Sequence record: SRR22947725_3004
Length of the DNA: 64,000 nucleotides
Strand: one strand, 5' to 3'
The notes beneath the pieces were generated by a model. That model did no database searches. It had not been told where the DNA came from and saw nothing but the letters and a program-made list of their open reading frames with translations. Shown piece after piece: positions 60,597-64,000 of the stretch (position 1 is the stretch's first letter; each line of letters starts with the position of its first letter). Both the position numbers and the translations under genes were made by a program.

Positions 60597-61574
60597 GTGA
60601 TTTGCAAAACAACATACCGATGCGTTTTTCAATGGCTATTGCTTTTGATATCAGTCTCACACCTTGGTGCCGATGACTCGCCGAGCAGGGATTTCTTCGT
60701 TTTTCGAGAAACGCAACGTCAAGTGCAAACAGCACTTCAAAACGCCATGGCCTCTACTGTAGGGGTAGGAGACAGTGGTAGTGGGGTCATCGTTTCGCCA
60801 AACGGACTCGTGCTCACCGCTGCTCATGTCAGCGGTACCCCAAATCGAAACATCACTTGCAGGCTTCCCAATGGAAAGCGTGTGGGTGCGAAAACACTTG
60901 GAAACTTCGACTACATGGATGCAGGAATGGTCCAGCTGGAAGGCGAGGGGCCTTGGCCATACAGTCCCGTCGGGACTCGCAGATCCAACACTGCTGGTGA
61001 TTGGTGTTTTGCTCTGGGACACCCAGGTGGATTTGACCGGGACCGCGGTTCAGTCCTGAGGGTTGGAATGGTGATTCATGCTCGAAATGGCTTCATGCGC
61101 ACTGACTGCAAACTATTGCGTGGCGACTCTGGAGGTCCCTTGTTCAATCTAAGTGGTGAAGTCATTGGCATTCACAGCCGCATTGGCGACCCCTTGGATG
61201 ATAACTACCATGCTCCCATTGGCACGTTCAGTAAGATGTGGGATGACTTGCTTGCCGGAGAGACAATCTCAGGACCTCGACAGCGGTCGGACCGAGGTGT
61301 CTTGGGTGTCAGTGTTGAGGCTCATCCAAAGGGAGTTTTGTTGAAGGAAATACGTCCTGATTCTGCCGCTGAAGAGGCCGGCTTGAAAACGAAAGACGTC
61401 ATTCAATCCATCGATGGCTTTCCGATAGACGATTCCTTCGATTTCAGGTGGGCAATCAGCAAGAACAGTCCTGGAGCTCGCATCAATATTGAATACGTTC
61501 GAGGAGACAAACTCGATGAGATCTCGGTTGAATTGGGGCAATCAACAAGCCGCAGGGAGCGGGGTGTATTTTGA
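60597..61574 (+). CDS. S1C (HtrA-like) serine protease with PDZ domain
   Basis: LTAAHV, D.G and GDSGGPL triad; C-terminal PDZ (GVLGV). Confidence 0.92.
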   Translation: MICKTTYRCVFQWLLLLISVSHLGADDSPSRDFFVFRETQRQVQTALQNAMASTVGVGDSGSGVIVSPNGLVLTAAHVSGTPNRNITCRLPNGKRVGAKTLGNFDYMDAGMVQLEGEGPWPYSPVGTRRSNTAGDWCFALGHPGGFDRDRGSVLRVGMVIHARNGFMRTDCKLLRGDSGGPLFNLSGEVIGIHSRIGDPLDDNYHAPIGTFSKMWDDLLAGETISGPRQRSDRGVLGVSVEAHPKGVLLKEIRPDSAAEEAGLKTKDVIQSIDGFPIDDSFDFRWAISKNSPGARINIEYVRGDKLDEISVELGQSTSRRERGVF

Positions 61575-62929
61575 TGAACGCATTACCAAGATACAATAGT
61601 CTCATGTTTTTGCTGACAGGCATTTTTTATGCATCCTTTTTCACGATTGATATTGCAGCTGCCGATCTTTCGTATCTTAGCAGGGCAGACCGATTGAACG
61701 GATGGAGGACTCTGGAAGTTTTGGATGACCTGTTCCGAGACCATCGTGCCTCTGTTGTCGAAATCCTAGACAATGATAAACAAGTGGCGCTTGGAACCGT
61801 AGTGTCTGAAGATGGATTCATCGTTACCAAGGCAAGCGAGTTCGGGCAGTCCCTCGAAATTAGACTCTCCGATTACAGTAAGCATGTGGCTGAGCAAGTC
61901 AGCGTTGATGAAGCCAATGATCTTGCTTTGTTAAAGATAAGGGCTTCCGGATTGCGTCCCGTGGATTGGCCTGACTCAGGTGATCCTCAGATGGGGCAAT
62001 GGGTGATGTCGCCTTACGAGGACAAAACTCAGGTCAGAATTGGTGTCATCAGTGCATCGACACGTCAGGTGCCAAAACAGTTTGGAGCACTGGGTGTTGT
62101 TACGGTTGACAGCTCAGATTATTTAACTGAAAACGATTTGCTTGATCCAAATACACTAGCCGATCACATAAACAAGGGGGCAAGACCTATCGACAGGTGG
62201 CTCAAAAATGAAATCTCGAACGGCGCCAAGTCAGCCTTGACAGCTGACTTGAATGATCCAATCCACCGAGCGCCATTCCTGAAATTAATCATAAGGGACC
62301 TCAACTTTATGATCTTTGAAAGAATCCTGTATGCGGAAGATCGGTTTGTGGGAGTTTCTCTGAGTGAAACTACACAACAAGCCATCCTCGAAACAGATAT
62401 TCGCATCCGGCCATCCGTTTTGAACCGGATGCTTCTGGTTGATTGTTTTCCCGATCTCATTAGAGCAGGCAAATCAGGAGCTCGCATTTTGGATGTCGTA
62501 GCTGACAGTGCGGCGGAGCAGGCGGATCTGGAGCCAGGAGATCTCATCATGGCAATCAATGCATCGGGTGTGGGTGGTTCGCAGGATCTCGTACGCTTGA
62601 TACGTAAGCACACGGCTGGTGAAACCATCACAATATCCCTAATCCGCGATGGTAGTGCCTTGAATAAGTTGGTAACTCTCGGTTTTTTTGATGCCACCTT
62701 TCCTGACCAGGATGTCAACATAGCGCTGAGCGGTGATATATCTGACCGTCGAACCGGTTTTCAAAAAATCATACAACACGACATGCCTCTTTCACCCAAA
62801 GCAATGGGTGGGCCTCTCATGGACTTTGAGGGGCGAGTTCTTGGAATAAACATCGCCCGCTATGATCGTGTAGCCACATATGCGCTCCCGGCTGACTTGG
62901 TGCAATCTTTGATTCAGAAAATGAAATAA
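61574..62929 (+). CDS. Trypsin-like pseudoprotease with inserted PDZ domain
   Basis: TKAS in place of T.AH, DLALLKI retained, AMGGPL in place of DSGGPL; PDZ lies between the two protease halves; TGATG overlap. Confidence 0.85.
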   Translation: MNALPRYNSLMFLLTGIFYASFFTIDIAAADLSYLSRADRLNGWRTLEVLDDLFRDHRASVVEILDNDKQVALGTVVSEDGFIVTKASEFGQSLEIRLSDYSKHVAEQVSVDEANDLALLKIRASGLRPVDWPDSGDPQMGQWVMSPYEDKTQVRIGVISASTRQVPKQFGALGVVTVDSSDYLTENDLLDPNTLADHINKGARPIDRWLKNEISNGAKSALTADLNDPIHRAPFLKLIIRDLNFMIFERILYAEDRFVGVSLSETTQQAILETDIRIRPSVLNRMLLVDCFPDLIRAGKSGARILDVVADSAAEQADLEPGDLIMAINASGVGGSQDLVRLIRKHTAGETITISLIRDGSALNKLVTLGFFDATFPDQDVNIALSGDISDRRTGFQKIIQHDMPLSPKAMGGPLMDFEGRVLGINIARYDRVATYALPADLVQSLIQKMK

Positions 62930-62965
62930 GTGTGTGTCCTTTTCTGATCGCTGATTCCAATCATC

Positions 62966-63739
62966 TCAGGCGCTTGGACCAATCGTTGCTCCTCCATCGC
63001 ATACAAGGTTTTGGCCTGTAATTAAATCCGATCCGGTGATCAGCGATACAACTGCAGCAGCAACATCGTCTGGATGACATACTTTACCCAAGACGGCTTT
63101 GGATTCGTGCCCTTCTTTGGTGTCTTCGTAACGTTCCTTGAGCCCTTGCTGAGTCCAGTCATCGGCAATGAACCCTGGTGCGACAGAATTGACTCTCACT
63201 TGAGGGGCAAGGATGCGAGCAAGTGAAACGGTCATATTGATCAAAGCTGCTTTGGAGGCACAATATGCCATGGAACTGCCATTACCGATCAGTCCAGCAA
63301 CACTTGTAATATTGATAATCTCTCCTCCATTTTTTGATTTTTTAAGCCATGGTTCAGCAGCGCGAGAACAATAAAAAGGGCCTTTAACGTTTGTTTGAAG
63401 GACGCGATCCCAATGCGCTTCCGTCAGGAGACTGAGATCAGCAAATCGGAGAAAATCAGTTGTCGCTGCATTGTTCACAAGAATATCCAAGCCTCCGAAC
63501 TGATCGACCGTTTGCTGGATTAATGCAAGGCAATCCGATTCTTTTGAAACATCTGCCTGGATCATCAATGAAGGAGTGTCGTTTTTTTGTAATTCTTTGA
63601 GCACGGACTCGGCTTCTTCTCTGGAACTGCGGAAATTCAGCACAATGCGGCATCCTTGCCTGGCCAACCTGAGTGCTACCGCTCTTCCTACACCTCGACT
63701 TGATCCCGTAATGACTGCCACTTTTCCTTGTGTTTCCAT
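62966..63739 (-). CDS. Short-chain dehydrogenase/reductase
   Basis: [23 protein letters not shown]. Confidence 0.95.
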   Translation of the reverse strand: METQGKVAVITGSSRGVGRAVALRLARQGCRIVLNFRSSREEAESVLKELQKNDTPSLMIQADVSKESDCLALIQQTVDQFGGLDILVNNAATTDFLRFADLSLLTEAHWDRVLQTNVKGPFYCSRAAEPWLKKSKNGGEIINITSVAGLIGNGSSMAYCASKAALINMTVSLARILAPQVRVNSVAPGFIADDWTQQGLKERYEDTKEGHESKAVLGKVCHPDDVAAAVVSLITGSDLITGQNLVCDGGATIGPSA

Positions 63740-63756
63740 GAGACTGATTCTTGCTC

Positions 63757-63772
63757 GTCATTCATGAATGAC
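63757..63772. promoter_or_regulatory. Perfect 16-bp palindrome, candidate operator
   Basis: GTCATTCATGAATGAC between the divergent SDR and sulfatase genes. Confidence 0.5.
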
Positions 63773-63826
63773 AATGTTAATCATGCAAGCATGTTAGTTT
63801 GTTTGGAATTCAAGTCAGCTATCGCG

Positions 63827-64000
63827 ATGGTTCTTCAAGTGCCTTTTTTAATGTGGCTTTTTGTAACATGTTTTTTCTCGGGCGGGGTATGGGCTGTTGA
63901 CAAGCCCAATGTGATTGTGATCATGGCAGACGATCTTGGTTACGGTGATCTCAGTTGCTTCGGGAACAAGGTTTTTGACACACCATGTCTCGATAAAATG
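63827..64000 (+). CDS. Sulfatase, 5' part (runs off window)
   Basis: Signal-like leader then [21 protein letters not shown]....TP.LD. Start is 63791 or 63827. Confidence 0.9.
   Translation, partial: MVLQVPFLMWLFVTCFFSGGVWAVDKPNVIVIMADDLGYGDLSCFGNKVFDTPCLDKM

Overview
Chromosomal, mostly core-genome window from a PVC-superphylum bacterium, most likely Verrucomicrobiota. This is inferred from the DUF1553-DUF1501 pair, the H-X9-DG prepilin protein, the Tat-exported Gfo/Idh/MocA enzyme, eukaryote-like Ser/Thr kinases, a sulfatase and scarce Shine-Dalgarno motifs. About 52 CDS are supported, including efp, a UvrD/PcrA helicase, comEC, exbB/exbD, 5-oxoprolinase, a cysteine desulfurase, a sigma-54 regulator, MoxR, thyA and folA. 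I saw no rRNA, tRNA, CRISPR array or intact mobile element. The most notable observations are: (1) an MFS / PQQ-dehydrogenase / sulfocyanin-like module whose copper protein has His in place of the axial Met; (2) an exbB-exbD-TonB-like-Zn-finger-vanZ-comEC run; (3) a decaying phosphate-uptake islet (PiT plus a doubly frameshifted OprP-like porin) with Pho-box-like repeats and flanking 13-bp inverted repeats; (4) an active HtrA-like protease coupled to a nested pseudoprotease; (5) an EF-P with Asn at the modification site; (6) a SET-domain gene; (7) a candidate structured RNA after folA. All family calls come from recognising motifs by eye, not from database searches.
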